Positions 1 through 10,767 of a stretch of 64,000 bases of DNA are shown here, piece after piece (positions within the stretch are counted from its first letter, which is position 1; each line of letters begins with the position of its first letter). The notes beneath the pieces were generated by a model. The model was given only the letters and a program-made list of their open reading frames with translations, was not told the DNA's origin and did no database searches. The translations under genes were made by a program, and so were the position numbers. The stretch covers positions 16,378 to 80,377 of the forward strand of contig JBPCPO010000072.1 in NCBI GenBank assembly GCA_050999075.1, read 5' to 3'. The DNA comes from Solirubrobacteraceae bacterium (GTDB taxonomy: Bacteria > Actinomycetota > Thermoleophilia > Solirubrobacterales > Solirubrobacteraceae).

Positions 1-161
1 ACTCCGGGACCCTCAGCGCGCGGGGGCGCCACCGGGTGGTGCGGGTCGCGCGGACGATCGCTGATCTGGAATGCCGTGACCGGGTGGCGCGCTCCGACCT
101 GTTGACGGCGCTGGCGTTGCGCCAGCGAGGCGGGGTCGAGGCGGCCGGGGCCCGGACGTGA
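1..161 (+). CDS. comM: C-terminal end of YifB/ComM Mg-chelatase-like ATPase (partial)
   Basis: Frame from nt 3 reads SGTLSARGRHRVVRVARTIADLE..., the ComM C-terminal motif; TGA at 159-161; lies directly upstream of dprA as usual. Confidence 0.8.
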   Translation, partial: SGTLSARGRHRVVRVARTIADLECRDRVARSDLLTALALRQRGGVEAAGART

Positions 162-239
162 TGGCGCGGTCCGCGGCGGCGGGGAGCGGGGGAGGGGTCG
201 GGGCCCGCAAATGCAATTATCCGGAGGGCTGGGGGAGGG

Positions 240-1328
240 TTGGTGGGGGCCGAGCGTGCGTGTGACCGCTGCCTAGCTCACTCGTGGCTGCTGGCTCGCC
301 TCACCGGTCATCTGGACGTGGTCCGGGGGCAGATCGGGTCGGTGCTCGGACTGCCCGACCAGGAGCTGATCGCGGCCGTCGCGGGCAGGCAGCGGACGGT
401 GGTGACCCGCGAGCTCTCCGAGCTTGACATCGGCGCGCTGCGCGACGCGGCGGTCGGTGCCGACCTGCAGCTCATCTGCCGCTGCGACCCCGGGTATCCA
501 GAGAGGCTCGCCGTCTCCTCCAGCGCCCCTGCCGTGCTCAACGTCGCGGGTGATCTGGAACGCTTCCTTGGGCTGCTGAGCGCCGATCCGGTGGCGATAG
601 TCGGCGCCCGGCGTCCGTCGGCCTATGGACTGGAGCTCGCCCGTTTCCTGGGACACGGGCTGGGATGCGCCGGAATCACCGTGCTCAGTGGCATGGCGCT
701 CGGCATCGACTCCGCCGCCCACTCCGGCGCGCTCGCGGCCGGCGCGGCGACGGTGGCTGTGCTGCCTGGTGGCGCCGATCGGCCCTATCCACCCAGCAAG
801 CATGCGCTGCACCGTCAGATCGTTGCCCGCGGGGCGGCGATCTCAGAGCTCCCGGCGGGCAGCAAAGCACGGCGGTGGACGTTTCCGGCCCGCAACCGGA
901 TCATCGCCGGGCTGAGCGCGATGACCATCGTGGTCGAAGCGGGAGAACGCTCGGGGGCGCTGATCACCGCCGAGTTTGCGCGCGGCCTGGACCGACCGGT
1001 CGGCGCGGTGCCCGGACGGGTCTCATCGCCCCTCTCCTGCGGTCCGAACGGGTTGCTCGCGGGTGGGGCCCACGTGGTTCGCGGACCCCAGGACGTCCTC
1101 GATCAGCTGTTCGGCGCGGGTGTCAGGGCCGCACAGCGCTCCGAGCGACCGAAGCTGACGTCCGAGCTTCACGTGCTGCTGAGGGCGGTCGCCGACGGCC
1201 ACGACACCACGGGCGCGCTCGCGCGAGCCGGATTTCCCGTCGAGCCCAGCCTCGCCGCCCTCGCGGCCTTGGAGCTGTCCGGCTACGTCCGGCGCGGACC
1301 GGGCGGAAGATGGGTGGTGTTGCCGTGA
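240..1328 (+). CDS. dprA: DNA-processing protein DprA
   Basis: [45 protein letters not shown] motifs. Confidence 0.95.
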   Translation: MVGAERACDRCLAHSWLLARLTGHLDVVRGQIGSVLGLPDQELIAAVAGRQRTVVTRELSELDIGALRDAAVGADLQLICRCDPGYPERLAVSSSAPAVLNVAGDLERFLGLLSADPVAIVGARRPSAYGLELARFLGHGLGCAGITVLSGMALGIDSAAHSGALAAGAATVAVLPGGADRPYPPSKHALHRQIVARGAAISELPAGSKARRWTFPARNRIIAGLSAMTIVVEAGERSGALITAEFARGLDRPVGAVPGRVSSPLSCGPNGLLAGGAHVVRGPQDVLDQLFGAGVRAAQRSERPKLTSELHVLLRAVADGHDTTGALARAGFPVEPSLAALAALELSGYVRRGPGGRWVVLP

Positions 1329-1389
1329 GGGGGCCGCCGTCACGCGCGAACGGCTGGGCGATCGCGCCGCCGTAAGCTGCTGCTCTTCG

Positions 1390-2304
1390 ATGAGCTCCCC
1401 GGCCCGCATTCCCCGCGTCCTTTCGATCGCCGGCTCGGACTCGGGCGGTGGCGCCGGGATCCAGGCCGACCTGAAGGCGTTCGCAGCCTGCGGCGTGCAT
1501 GGGATGACCGCGATCACCGCGATCACCGCCCAGAACACCACCGGGGTGATCGCAGTGCACCAGGTTCCACCGGAGACGATCCTCGCGCAGGTGCGGGCGG
1601 TGTCGGACGACATCGGTATCGACGCCGTCAAGATCGGGATGCTCGGAGACCAGGCGACAATCGAGGCGGTGGCGAGCGCGCTCGACGAGCTGCGGAGGGG
1701 CACGCCTGTCGTGCTGGATCCCGTGATGGTCGCGGAGTCGGGAGCCGCGTTGCTCGAGCCGGCAGCCCGCAGGGCGCTGATCGAGCTGCTGCTTGCGCGC
1801 GCCACGGTGGCGACACCCAACGTTCCCGAGGCCTGCGCGCTGACCTCCACGGCTGCCTCTCCTCCCGTCCCCGGCGCTCGCGATCCCGCCGCCGCCGGTC
1901 CTCGCGACCCCGCCACCCCCGGCCCGTCCGACCAAGCCGCTCCCGACGGCCCCGGTCTCCCGGAGCTCGAGATCGTCCACCTCGCCCGCGCCGTGCATGC
2001 GCTCGGGCCGGGGGCCGTCGTCCTCACCGGAGGGCACCGCGCGCAGGCGACGGACGTGTTCTTCGACGGCGTCACGCTGGTTGAGCTTCGGGGGGAGCGC
2101 CATCCCGGCGGCGCCGGGCATGGATCGGGGTGCACCCACTCATCGGTGCTGGCCGCCCGCCTGGCCTGGGGGGACGCACCGTTGGACGCGGCGAGGCGGG
2201 CGAAGGAGCTGGCCGGAGCGGCGGTCAGGGAGGGGTTGCGCGAGATCGGCGCCGGTCCGGGACCGGTGAACGTCCTCGGGCTCGCGCGAAAGACGATCGT
2301 ATGA
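1390..2304 (+). CDS. thiD: Hydroxymethylpyrimidine/phosphomethylpyrimidine kinase
   Basis: [43 protein letters not shown] motifs; contains a Pro/Ala-rich insertion. Confidence 0.95.
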   Translation: MSSPARIPRVLSIAGSDSGGGAGIQADLKAFAACGVHGMTAITAITAQNTTGVIAVHQVPPETILAQVRAVSDDIGIDAVKIGMLGDQATIEAVASALDELRRGTPVVLDPVMVAESGAALLEPAARRALIELLLARATVATPNVPEACALTSTAASPPVPGARDPAAAGPRDPATPGPSDQAAPDGPGLPELEIVHLARAVHALGPGAVVLTGGHRAQATDVFFDGVTLVELRGERHPGGAGHGSGCTHSSVLAARLAWGDAPLDAARRAKELAGAAVREGLREIGAGPGPVNVLGLARKTIV

Positions 2305-2330
2305 CCTGTGGCGCCGAGATCGACGGCGTT

Positions 2331-2339
2331 TGACATAAT
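2331..2339 (+). promoter_or_regulatory. Extended -10 element (TG-a-CATAAT) 6 nt before the GTG at 2346; leaderless-type promoter
   Basis: tgacataat at 2331-2339; no SD before the GTG. Confidence 0.55.
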
Positions 2340-2345
2340 CGTCGC

Positions 2346-2594
2346 GTGCGCTTTCTGCGAATGAAGCCTGGGCACGGAGAGGTCCTGATCGCCGAGGGGG
2401 AGATCGAGATCGCGCAGGACGAAGAGCGCCTGATCCTCGAGTTTCGCCGCCAGCTCGACGCCGGGCTGTGGGCCGCGGTGCCGTTCACCGGCTCTGCGGG
2501 CCGCCGACAAGCCCGGATGGTCAGCTCGTTCGAGGAGATCCCGCGGGACGCCGAGCGCGTGATCTTCTTCCCGCGTGCGGCGGGCGGACGTTAG
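2346..2594 (+). CDS. Small protein with ubiquitin/MoaD-like C-terminus (…[13 protein letters not shown])
   Basis: 82-aa ORF with GC-rich third positions and its own promoter; hydrophobic strand-Pro-x-x-x-GG tail. Confidence 0.75.
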   Translation: MRFLRMKPGHGEVLIAEGEIEIAQDEERLILEFRRQLDAGLWAAVPFTGSAGRRQARMVSSFEEIPRDAERVIFFPRAAGGR

Positions 2595-2606
2595 GGTCAC
2601 CGGGCA

Positions 2607-3230
2607 GTGCTGCTGGCGCTCGCCGCGACCGCGCTGGTAGCTGTCGCGCTGCTGTCTGATCTGATTCTCCCGCGGCTGGAGGAGGCCTGGGGGCGCCACC
2701 GGGCCCGGCGCCGCCGAACGTCTCCGATCCCCTACGACCCGGGACGGGAACGACGCGCAGAGCAGCGCGCTCGGACGCTGTTGCGCTCATGCGTGAACGA
2801 CGAGGAATGGGCGATGTATCGTGAGCTCGGCTTCATCCGCGTGTGGGGCTCGCAGGCCGACGGTCCCGACGAGGCCGGTGGTACGGGCGGAGCCCCCTAC
2901 GCCTACCTCATCTATCCCCACAAGCCGATCCTCGCCTACCTCGCCCAGACGCACCGGCTCCTGAACGAGTACTGCGTGACCTTTCCTGACCAGACGCGCC
3001 CGTACGGCAGCGCCAGGCTCCCCGATTCCGACGATGTGCTGGCGAAGTGGATGGCTCTCACCGGCGACGAACGAAGGCTGATCGCGACCGCGAACATGCA
3101 CCTGCCCGGTCGCCAGCTCGATCCGGCCCAGCTGACGCGCGATCTCTGGCGGCTCGGGCGGTGGGAGCGTGCCCGCATGCGCGACAGCGCGGGGAGCACC
3201 GGATCGATGCAGATCGATGCCGCCGGCTGA
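2607..3230 (+). CDS. Hypothetical protein with N-terminal membrane anchor, partner of the GG-tail protein
   Basis: 207 aa, starts 12 nt after the previous stop; N-terminal hydrophobic helix; [38 protein letters not shown] segments. Confidence 0.8.
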   Translation: MLLALAATALVAVALLSDLILPRLEEAWGRHRARRRRTSPIPYDPGRERRAEQRARTLLRSCVNDEEWAMYRELGFIRVWGSQADGPDEAGGTGGAPYAYLIYPHKPILAYLAQTHRLLNEYCVTFPDQTRPYGSARLPDSDDVLAKWMALTGDERRLIATANMHLPGRQLDPAQLTRDLWRLGRWERARMRDSAGSTGSMQIDAAG

Positions 3231-3251
3231 TCGGCGACCAAGCGCCCCGCG

Positions 3252-4940
<1,689 letters not shown>

Positions 4941-5102
4941 GGCGATCCCCGGTCGCCAGGTCCCGGCCCACCACCACCTGGACGATCCGAGCCAAGGTTC
5001 GTTGCGACCCGATGAAACATGCGTTGCAGAACCGCGCCGAGCCTGGCACTGAGGCGACGGGATGATGCCGTTCGCTAACATCCGGACTCTGGGTGATCAG
5101 GC

Positions 5103-6788
5103 ATGGGGATTACTACATATCTATTTCCGAACGCCGATACTGAGTACTCGGCGCAGCAGACGCACACCCGGCTGAACGCCCCCCGGGCGCGGCGTTCACG
5201 GGGCCCGCTGTATGCGATTTCCGGCCTGGTGCTGGCGCTCATCGGCGTGGTCGTCGTTGGCGCGATCGTGTTCGGGTCCGGGCATCCGAGCCTGACCACT
5301 GACTCCCGCGCGCTCGCCCGCGTCGACTTGCCCACCGGCGGCGGCCGGATCGAGACCGTCACCGTCGTGGCGGGCCCGCACAGCCAACGGATCCCGGTCG
5401 ACCTGCGAGGTCACCAGATCTGGCCCCGCGGCCTGATCGCAGCCCATGAGATGGTTTCCATCCAGGCGGTGGTCAAGCGACCCGGCTGGATCTCCTGGCT
5501 GGCCGGCAGCACCCAGCGCGTGCACCTCACGCTGATGACCCCGAGCGCGAGCCTGCGAGAGCACTACCTCACCCTGGCCGCGGGCGCTCCCGTGCAGCTG
5601 CGCTTCAAGTCGCCGGTCCAGTCGATCGCCTACGGGTCGCCCGGCCACCTGGTGCGTCACGTGCTCCCCAACCCGATCAGTCAGATCGCACTCGATCGCG
5701 GTTCGCTCGCCGGGACGATCTCGGTCGCGGCCGCCCCCCGCAGCTGGGAGACCTCCCGGCCGACGACCGTGAGCTGGTTCCCCGCGGGCGCCGGGGCCAG
5801 CGCGGTCTCCTCGCCGGCGCCAGGAAGGCAGATCCTGCCGCAGACCCCGATCATCTTGACCTTCTCCAAGACCGTCGACGCCGCGCTCGGATCCGCCAGG
5901 CCACCCGTCTCCCCGGTCACCGCCGGCAGCTGGCACACGATCGGGAGCCACACGATCATGTTCAAGCCCGAAGGCTACGGCTACGGGCTCGGCGCCACGG
6001 TGAAGATCCCGCTGCCCCACGGCGTCACGCTCCTGGGTAGCCAGTCCGCGCCTGCCAGCACTCCTGCCTCCGCCGCCGGCACGTGGACGGTGCCGGCCGG
6101 ATCGACTATGCGCCTGCAGCAGCTGCTGGCTGGGCTCGGTTACCTACCGGTGCGCTTTGTCTACAGCGGCCCGCGCCCGGCCCTCACCCCCGCCGCGCAG
6201 GAAGCCGCTGCGATCCAGCCGCCCGCGGGAAGCTTCACGTGGCGCTATACCGACACCCCGAGCGCGCTGCGGGGCATGTGGCAGCCGGGCTCCTCTGGCG
6301 TACTGACGCGCGGGGCGGTGATGGCGTTCGAGAACGACCACGGGATGACCACCGACGGGCTCGCCGGCGCCACCGTGTGGCGCGCCCTCTTCGCCGCCGC
6401 GCTCGCGGGACACGGCTCGACCTTCGGCTACTCGTTCGTGTCGGTCAACCAGGGCTCGGAGTCACTCAGCCTGTGGCACAGCGGCCACACGGTCCTGAGC
6501 ACGCCGGTCAACACCGGGATCGCCTCGGCCCCGACGGCCAACGGCACCTATCCCGTCTACGAGCACATCGCCTCGGGCACGATGAGCGGCAAGAATCCCG
6601 ACGGGAGCACGTACAACGATCCCGGAATCCAGTTCATCAGCTACTTCAACGGCGGCGATGCGCTGCACGCGTTCACGCGCGCGCAGTACGGCTCTCCGCA
6701 GAGCCTCGGGTGCGTCGAAATGGCGCTCGGGCCGGCGGGCGAGGTTTGGCCTGACACGCCGATCGGCACGATCGTGAACGTCAACTAG
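5103..6788 (+). CDS. L,D-transpeptidase family protein (TM, Ig-like, peptidoglycan-binding, YkuD domains)
   Basis: N-terminal TM; LQQLLAGLGY…AVMAFENDHGMTTDGLAG PG-binding motif; C-terminal ALHAF…SLGCV; start codon uncertain. Confidence 0.85.
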   Translation: MGITTYLFPNADTEYSAQQTHTRLNAPRARRSRGPLYAISGLVLALIGVVVVGAIVFGSGHPSLTTDSRALARVDLPTGGGRIETVTVVAGPHSQRIPVDLRGHQIWPRGLIAAHEMVSIQAVVKRPGWISWLAGSTQRVHLTLMTPSASLREHYLTLAAGAPVQLRFKSPVQSIAYGSPGHLVRHVLPNPISQIALDRGSLAGTISVAAAPRSWETSRPTTVSWFPAGAGASAVSSPAPGRQILPQTPIILTFSKTVDAALGSARPPVSPVTAGSWHTIGSHTIMFKPEGYGYGLGATVKIPLPHGVTLLGSQSAPASTPASAAGTWTVPAGSTMRLQQLLAGLGYLPVRFVYSGPRPALTPAAQEAAAIQPPAGSFTWRYTDTPSALRGMWQPGSSGVLTRGAVMAFENDHGMTTDGLAGATVWRALFAAALAGHGSTFGYSFVSVNQGSESLSLWHSGHTVLSTPVNTGIASAPTANGTYPVYEHIASGTMSGKNPDGSTYNDPGIQFISYFNGGDALHAFTRAQYGSPQSLGCVEMALGPAGEVWPDTPIGTIVNVN

Positions 6789-6805
6789 CAGGCGTCCTGC
6801 CGGAC

Positions 6806-7762
6806 ATGGGCCCTGATCTGCGCCCGGCAGCTCTGACGCCGGCGTGGCGGGCGGCGCTCGACGCGTTCGAGGACGATCTCCGCCGCCGTGCCGTGGCCGA
6901 GCAGACACGGCGGGCGTACGCGAACGACAGCCTGCAGCTGGCCGGTTGGGCCGGTGCGAGGAGCCTTGAGCCGGGCTCGATCGACCTCCGGGAGATGCGG
7001 AGGTATGCCGCGAGCCTGTCCCAGCGGGGACAGGCTCCCACGACCGTCGCGCGCAAGCTCGCGGCCGCGCGAGGCCTGTTCCGCGCGCTCGTGGCCCTGG
7101 GCGAGCGCTCCGAGAACCCCGCCGAGCTGCTCAGCTCGCCCAAGCGCACGCAGCGCCTGCCCCGGGTGCTGAAGGCGGGGGAGGTGGCGGCGCTGCTCGA
7201 GGGGATCGCCCTCGGCACGCCACTGGCCCTGCGTGACCGGGCGATGTTCGAGATCGCCTACGCCTCCGGGCTGCGCGCCGAGGAGCTGGTGAACCTGAAC
7301 CTGGAGTCGGTGCAGTTCGACTCCGAGCAGGTGCGGGTCGAGGGCAAGGGCGGTCGGACGCGATTGATCCCCGCCGGCGAGCACGCGCTGGCGGCGCTCG
7401 AGCGCTACCTCGTCCGGGGGCGCCCGGCCCTCGCTCCGCCCGAGCCCGCAGGCTCGGGCGAGGGCCAATCCGAGCGGGCACTGTTCCTGTCCAAGTCCGG
7501 ACGCAGGCTCGGAACCTCCGACGTGCGCCGGCGCCTGCGGACCTGGGCTGCACCCGCGATCACGCAGGCTCCGACGCTCTCCGAGGTCCACCCGCACGCG
7601 TTGCGCCACTCCTTTGCCACCCACCTGCTCGAGGGCGGGGCAGATCTGAGAGCGATCCAGGAGCTGCTCGGGCACTCGAGCATCTCCACCACGCAGGTCT
7701 ACACTCGGGTAGAGTCGGCGCGCTTGCGATCAGCCTACGCCCGCGCGCATCCCCGCGCGTAG
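6806..7762 (+). CDS. xerC: Tyrosine recombinase XerC
   Basis: RDRAMFEIAYASGLRAEE, GKG, HALRHSFATHLL, LLGHSSISTTQVY; dprA-xerC-whiG neighbourhood. Confidence 0.85.
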   Translation: MGPDLRPAALTPAWRAALDAFEDDLRRRAVAEQTRRAYANDSLQLAGWAGARSLEPGSIDLREMRRYAASLSQRGQAPTTVARKLAAARGLFRALVALGERSENPAELLSSPKRTQRLPRVLKAGEVAALLEGIALGTPLALRDRAMFEIAYASGLRAEELVNLNLESVQFDSEQVRVEGKGGRTRLIPAGEHALAALERYLVRGRPALAPPEPAGSGEGQSERALFLSKSGRRLGTSDVRRRLRTWAAPAITQAPTLSEVHPHALRHSFATHLLEGGADLRAIQELLGHSSISTTQVYTRVESARLRSAYARAHPRA

Positions 7763-7782
7763 GATCCTATTCCGGGGGAGCA

Positions 7783-8562
7783 GTGGAAACCAACGTCAAG
7801 GCGATCGAGCTCCGAGACCTGTGGAGGCGCTACAAGTCCTCCGACGACGAGCGCGCGCGCGAGCGGCTGGTCGTCGCGTACTCGCCGCTGGTCAAGTACG
7901 TCGCGGGCCGCATGAGCTCGGGTCTCCCGGCTCACGTCGAGGAGGCCGACCTGATCTCCTACGGCCTCGGCGGGCTGATCTCCGCCATCGCGCGATTCGA
8001 CCTCGCGCGCGAGATCAAGTTCGAGACCTACGCCATCACCCGTATCCGCGGCGCCATCATCGACGAGCTGCGCTCACTCGATTGGGTTCCACGGTCCGTC
8101 CGGGCACGAGCACGGGAGATCGAGCGGGCCAACGTGAAGCTCGAGGCGCGCCTGCGGCGGGCGCCCACCGACGAGGAGATGGCGGCCGAGCTCGAGCTGA
8201 GCCTGGAGGCCTTCCACGACGCGCTGCTGCAGATCTCGAACTCGACCATCGTCGCCCTCGACGAGCTGTGGAGCGTCGCCGACTCGAGTGGCGATCAGAT
8301 CTCGCTGTTGGACACGATTCCTGACCGCGGCGCCCCCGATCCACAGACGCTCGTGGACCAGAGCGAGCTGCGGGATCGGATCGCGGACGCGATCGCCGCC
8401 CTGCCCGAGCGCGAGAAGCTCGTGGTCGCGCTCTACTACTACGAGAACCTGACCCTGCGCGAGATCGGGGAGGTGCTCGGCGTCACCGAGTCGCGAGTCT
8501 CCCAGCTGCACACCAAAGCCGTGCTGCGCTTGCGCTCGAAGCTGACCGGGGAGTTGGATTAG
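7783..8562 (+). CDS. whiG: FliA/WhiG family sigma factor
   Basis: KFETYAITRIRGAIIDELRSLDWVPRSVR; LYYYENLTLREIGEVLGVTESRVSQLH; SD ggggag. Confidence 0.9.
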   Translation: METNVKAIELRDLWRRYKSSDDERARERLVVAYSPLVKYVAGRMSSGLPAHVEEADLISYGLGGLISAIARFDLAREIKFETYAITRIRGAIIDELRSLDWVPRSVRARAREIERANVKLEARLRRAPTDEEMAAELELSLEAFHDALLQISNSTIVALDELWSVADSSGDQISLLDTIPDRGAPDPQTLVDQSELRDRIADAIAALPEREKLVVALYYYENLTLREIGEVLGVTESRVSQLHTKAVLRLRSKLTGELD

Positions 8563-8630
8563 GGCCTGCCCTTAGGCCTGACGGAAGCGATATCGTCGCC
8601 TACCCGACCCTGAGCGAGAGGAGACCAGCC

Positions 8631-10718
8631 ATGCACAAGGCCGCGGATCGGATCCGCAACGTGGCCCTCGTCGGCCACCGCGGCAGCGGCAAGACCTCGT
8701 TGCACGAGGCGCTGCTGTTCGGAGCCGGAGTGGTCAACCGGCTCGGCTCGGTTGTGGACGGAACGACGGTCTCGGACTCCGACGCGGACGAAAAGGCCCG
8801 CCAGATGTCGATCTCGGTGGCGCTGTCGTCGTTCCAGTGGCAGGAGCGGAAGGTCAACCTGATCGACACGCCCGGCGATCCGAGCTTCGTCGCCGACGCG
8901 CTCGGTGCTCTGCGCGTGTGCGAGTCGGCCGTGTTCGTCATCAACGCGGTGATGGGAGTCGAGGTCCATACCAGCCGCCTCTGGCAACGGGCCAGCGAGC
9001 TCGATCTGGCTCGACTCGTGTTCGTCAACATGCTCGACCGGGAGCGGGCCGACTTCTTCAGGACGCTCGAGACGCTGAAGTCCGCGTTCGGCCCGCACGT
9101 CGTGGCCACCGAGATCCCGATCGGCTCCGAGCACGAGGTTCGCGGCGTCATCGACCTCGTCGACATGAAGGCCTACGAATATGGATCCGCGGCTGGGCCC
9201 GGTGAGGTCAGCGGTACGGAGATACCGATTCCCGACGCGCTGCGAGCTCAGGCCCAGGAGTACCGCGAGAAGCTGATGGACGAGGTCAGCGAGAGCTCGG
9301 ATGCGCTGATGGAGCGCTACCTCGAGGGCGAGGAGATCTCCCACCAGGAGATCGTCGCCGCGCTCAAGGACGGTACGAACCACGGTGCGATCTTCCCCGT
9401 GACCTGCGGGGTGGCCACCCGCAACCTCGCCATCAACCGGCTGCTCGACGCGATCGTCGAGGACCTTCCCTCCCCGGTCAAGCACGGAGGACTCGAGGTC
9501 GGGGAGGTGACCCTCGAACCGGTGGAGGAAAAGGAGCTGTTCGCGTACGTGTTCAAGACCCGAGCGGACCCGTTCGCCGGACGGATCAACCTGTTCCGGG
9601 TCTACCAGGGGGTGCTCAGGCAGGACTCGCAGGTGCTCAACACGCGTGTCCACGCCAAGGAGCGGATCGGGCAGCTGGTGACCTTCGAGGGTCACGAGAC
9701 CGGTCATACGGACGAATTCGGGCCCGGCGACATCGGTGCGGTGGCCAAGCTCAAGGAGACCAAGGCCGGCGACTGGCTGGCCTCGCGAGACGAGCCGATC
9801 CAGATGCCGAGCATCAAGCTCCCCACGCCGGTGATGGCCTTCGCGGTCGAGCCCAAGAGCAAGGGTGACGAGGAGAAGGTGTTCACGGCGCTGCGCCGGC
9901 TGCAGGAGGAGGATCCGACGATCGATCTGCACCGCGACTCGAAGACCGGGGAGCAGATCGTCGCCGGGCTCTCGCAGGTACACGTCGAGGTGATCGTGCA
10001 GCGGCTGAAATCGCGCTTCGGCGCCGAGGTCAACCTCAAGCTGCCGAGCGTCCCCTACCAGGAGACGATCCGCAGGTCCGCCAAGGCCCACGGGCGTCAC
10101 AAGAAGCAGTCCGGTGGTCGCGGACAGTTCGGCGACTGCCACATCGCGATCGAGCCCCTGGACTCCGGCGGCGGATTCGAGTTCGTCAACGCGATCAAGG
10201 GCGGGGTGATCCCGACCAGCTTCATTCCGGCGGTGCAGAAGGGGGTTGTCGAGGCGATGGAGCAGGGGGTGCTCGCGGGCTATCCGGTCAAGGATGTTCG
10301 AGTGCGGCTGTACGACGGCTCCTACCACACGGTCGACTCGTCCGAGATGGCGTTCAAGGTGGCCGGCTCGCTGGCCATGCATCAGGCGCTCGAGGAGGCG
10401 GGTCCGGTCCTGCTCGAGCCGATCATGCTCGTCAGCGTCGCCGCTCCCGAGGAGGCCGTCGGCGACGTGATCGGCGATCTGAACTCGCGTCGGGGACGCC
10501 CGCTCGGGATGGAGCCCACCGCGGGTGGCATGACCGAGGTGAAGGCGGAGGTGCCGATGGCCGAGATGCTCTCCTACGCCCCCGACCTTCGGTCGATCAC
10601 CGGTGGGCGGGGGGAGTTCGAGATGGAGTTCCTGCGCTATGAGGAGGTCCCTGGTCATCTCGCGGCCGGGATCATCGATGAGGCCCGGGCGGAGCGCGAG
10701 GCGGTGAGGGCCTTCTAG
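8631..10718 (+). CDS. Elongation factor G paralog (EF-G2/FusA2-like)
   Basis: Full EF-G domain order (HKKQSGGRGQFG, DGSYHTVDSSEMAF, LLEPIM) with divergent G-motifs; not in an rpsL-rpsG-fusA operon. Confidence 0.9.
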   Translation: MHKAADRIRNVALVGHRGSGKTSLHEALLFGAGVVNRLGSVVDGTTVSDSDADEKARQMSISVALSSFQWQERKVNLIDTPGDPSFVADALGALRVCESAVFVINAVMGVEVHTSRLWQRASELDLARLVFVNMLDRERADFFRTLETLKSAFGPHVVATEIPIGSEHEVRGVIDLVDMKAYEYGSAAGPGEVSGTEIPIPDALRAQAQEYREKLMDEVSESSDALMERYLEGEEISHQEIVAALKDGTNHGAIFPVTCGVATRNLAINRLLDAIVEDLPSPVKHGGLEVGEVTLEPVEEKELFAYVFKTRADPFAGRINLFRVYQGVLRQDSQVLNTRVHAKERIGQLVTFEGHETGHTDEFGPGDIGAVAKLKETKAGDWLASRDEPIQMPSIKLPTPVMAFAVEPKSKGDEEKVFTALRRLQEEDPTIDLHRDSKTGEQIVAGLSQVHVEVIVQRLKSRFGAEVNLKLPSVPYQETIRRSAKAHGRHKKQSGGRGQFGDCHIAIEPLDSGGGFEFVNAIKGGVIPTSFIPAVQKGVVEAMEQGVLAGYPVKDVRVRLYDGSYHTVDSSEMAFKVAGSLAMHQALEEAGPVLLEPIMLVSVAAPEEAVGDVIGDLNSRRGRPLGMEPTAGGMTEVKAEVPMAEMLSYAPDLRSITGGRGEFEMEFLRYEEVPGHLAAGIIDEARAEREAVRAF

Positions 10719-10767
10719 AAGACTGGTGTTCACCAGTCTCCTAGCACGCTTACGCTAGGATCCAGCG

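Noticed and set aside
1329-1389. TPP riboswitch before thiD
   Set aside because: Gap of only 61 nt and no CUGAGA core
2346-2594. Plain ThiS call because of the thiD neighbour
   Set aside because: Longer than ThiS, extra Arg after GG, own promoter, no thiG/thiF/thiO nearby; not fully excluded
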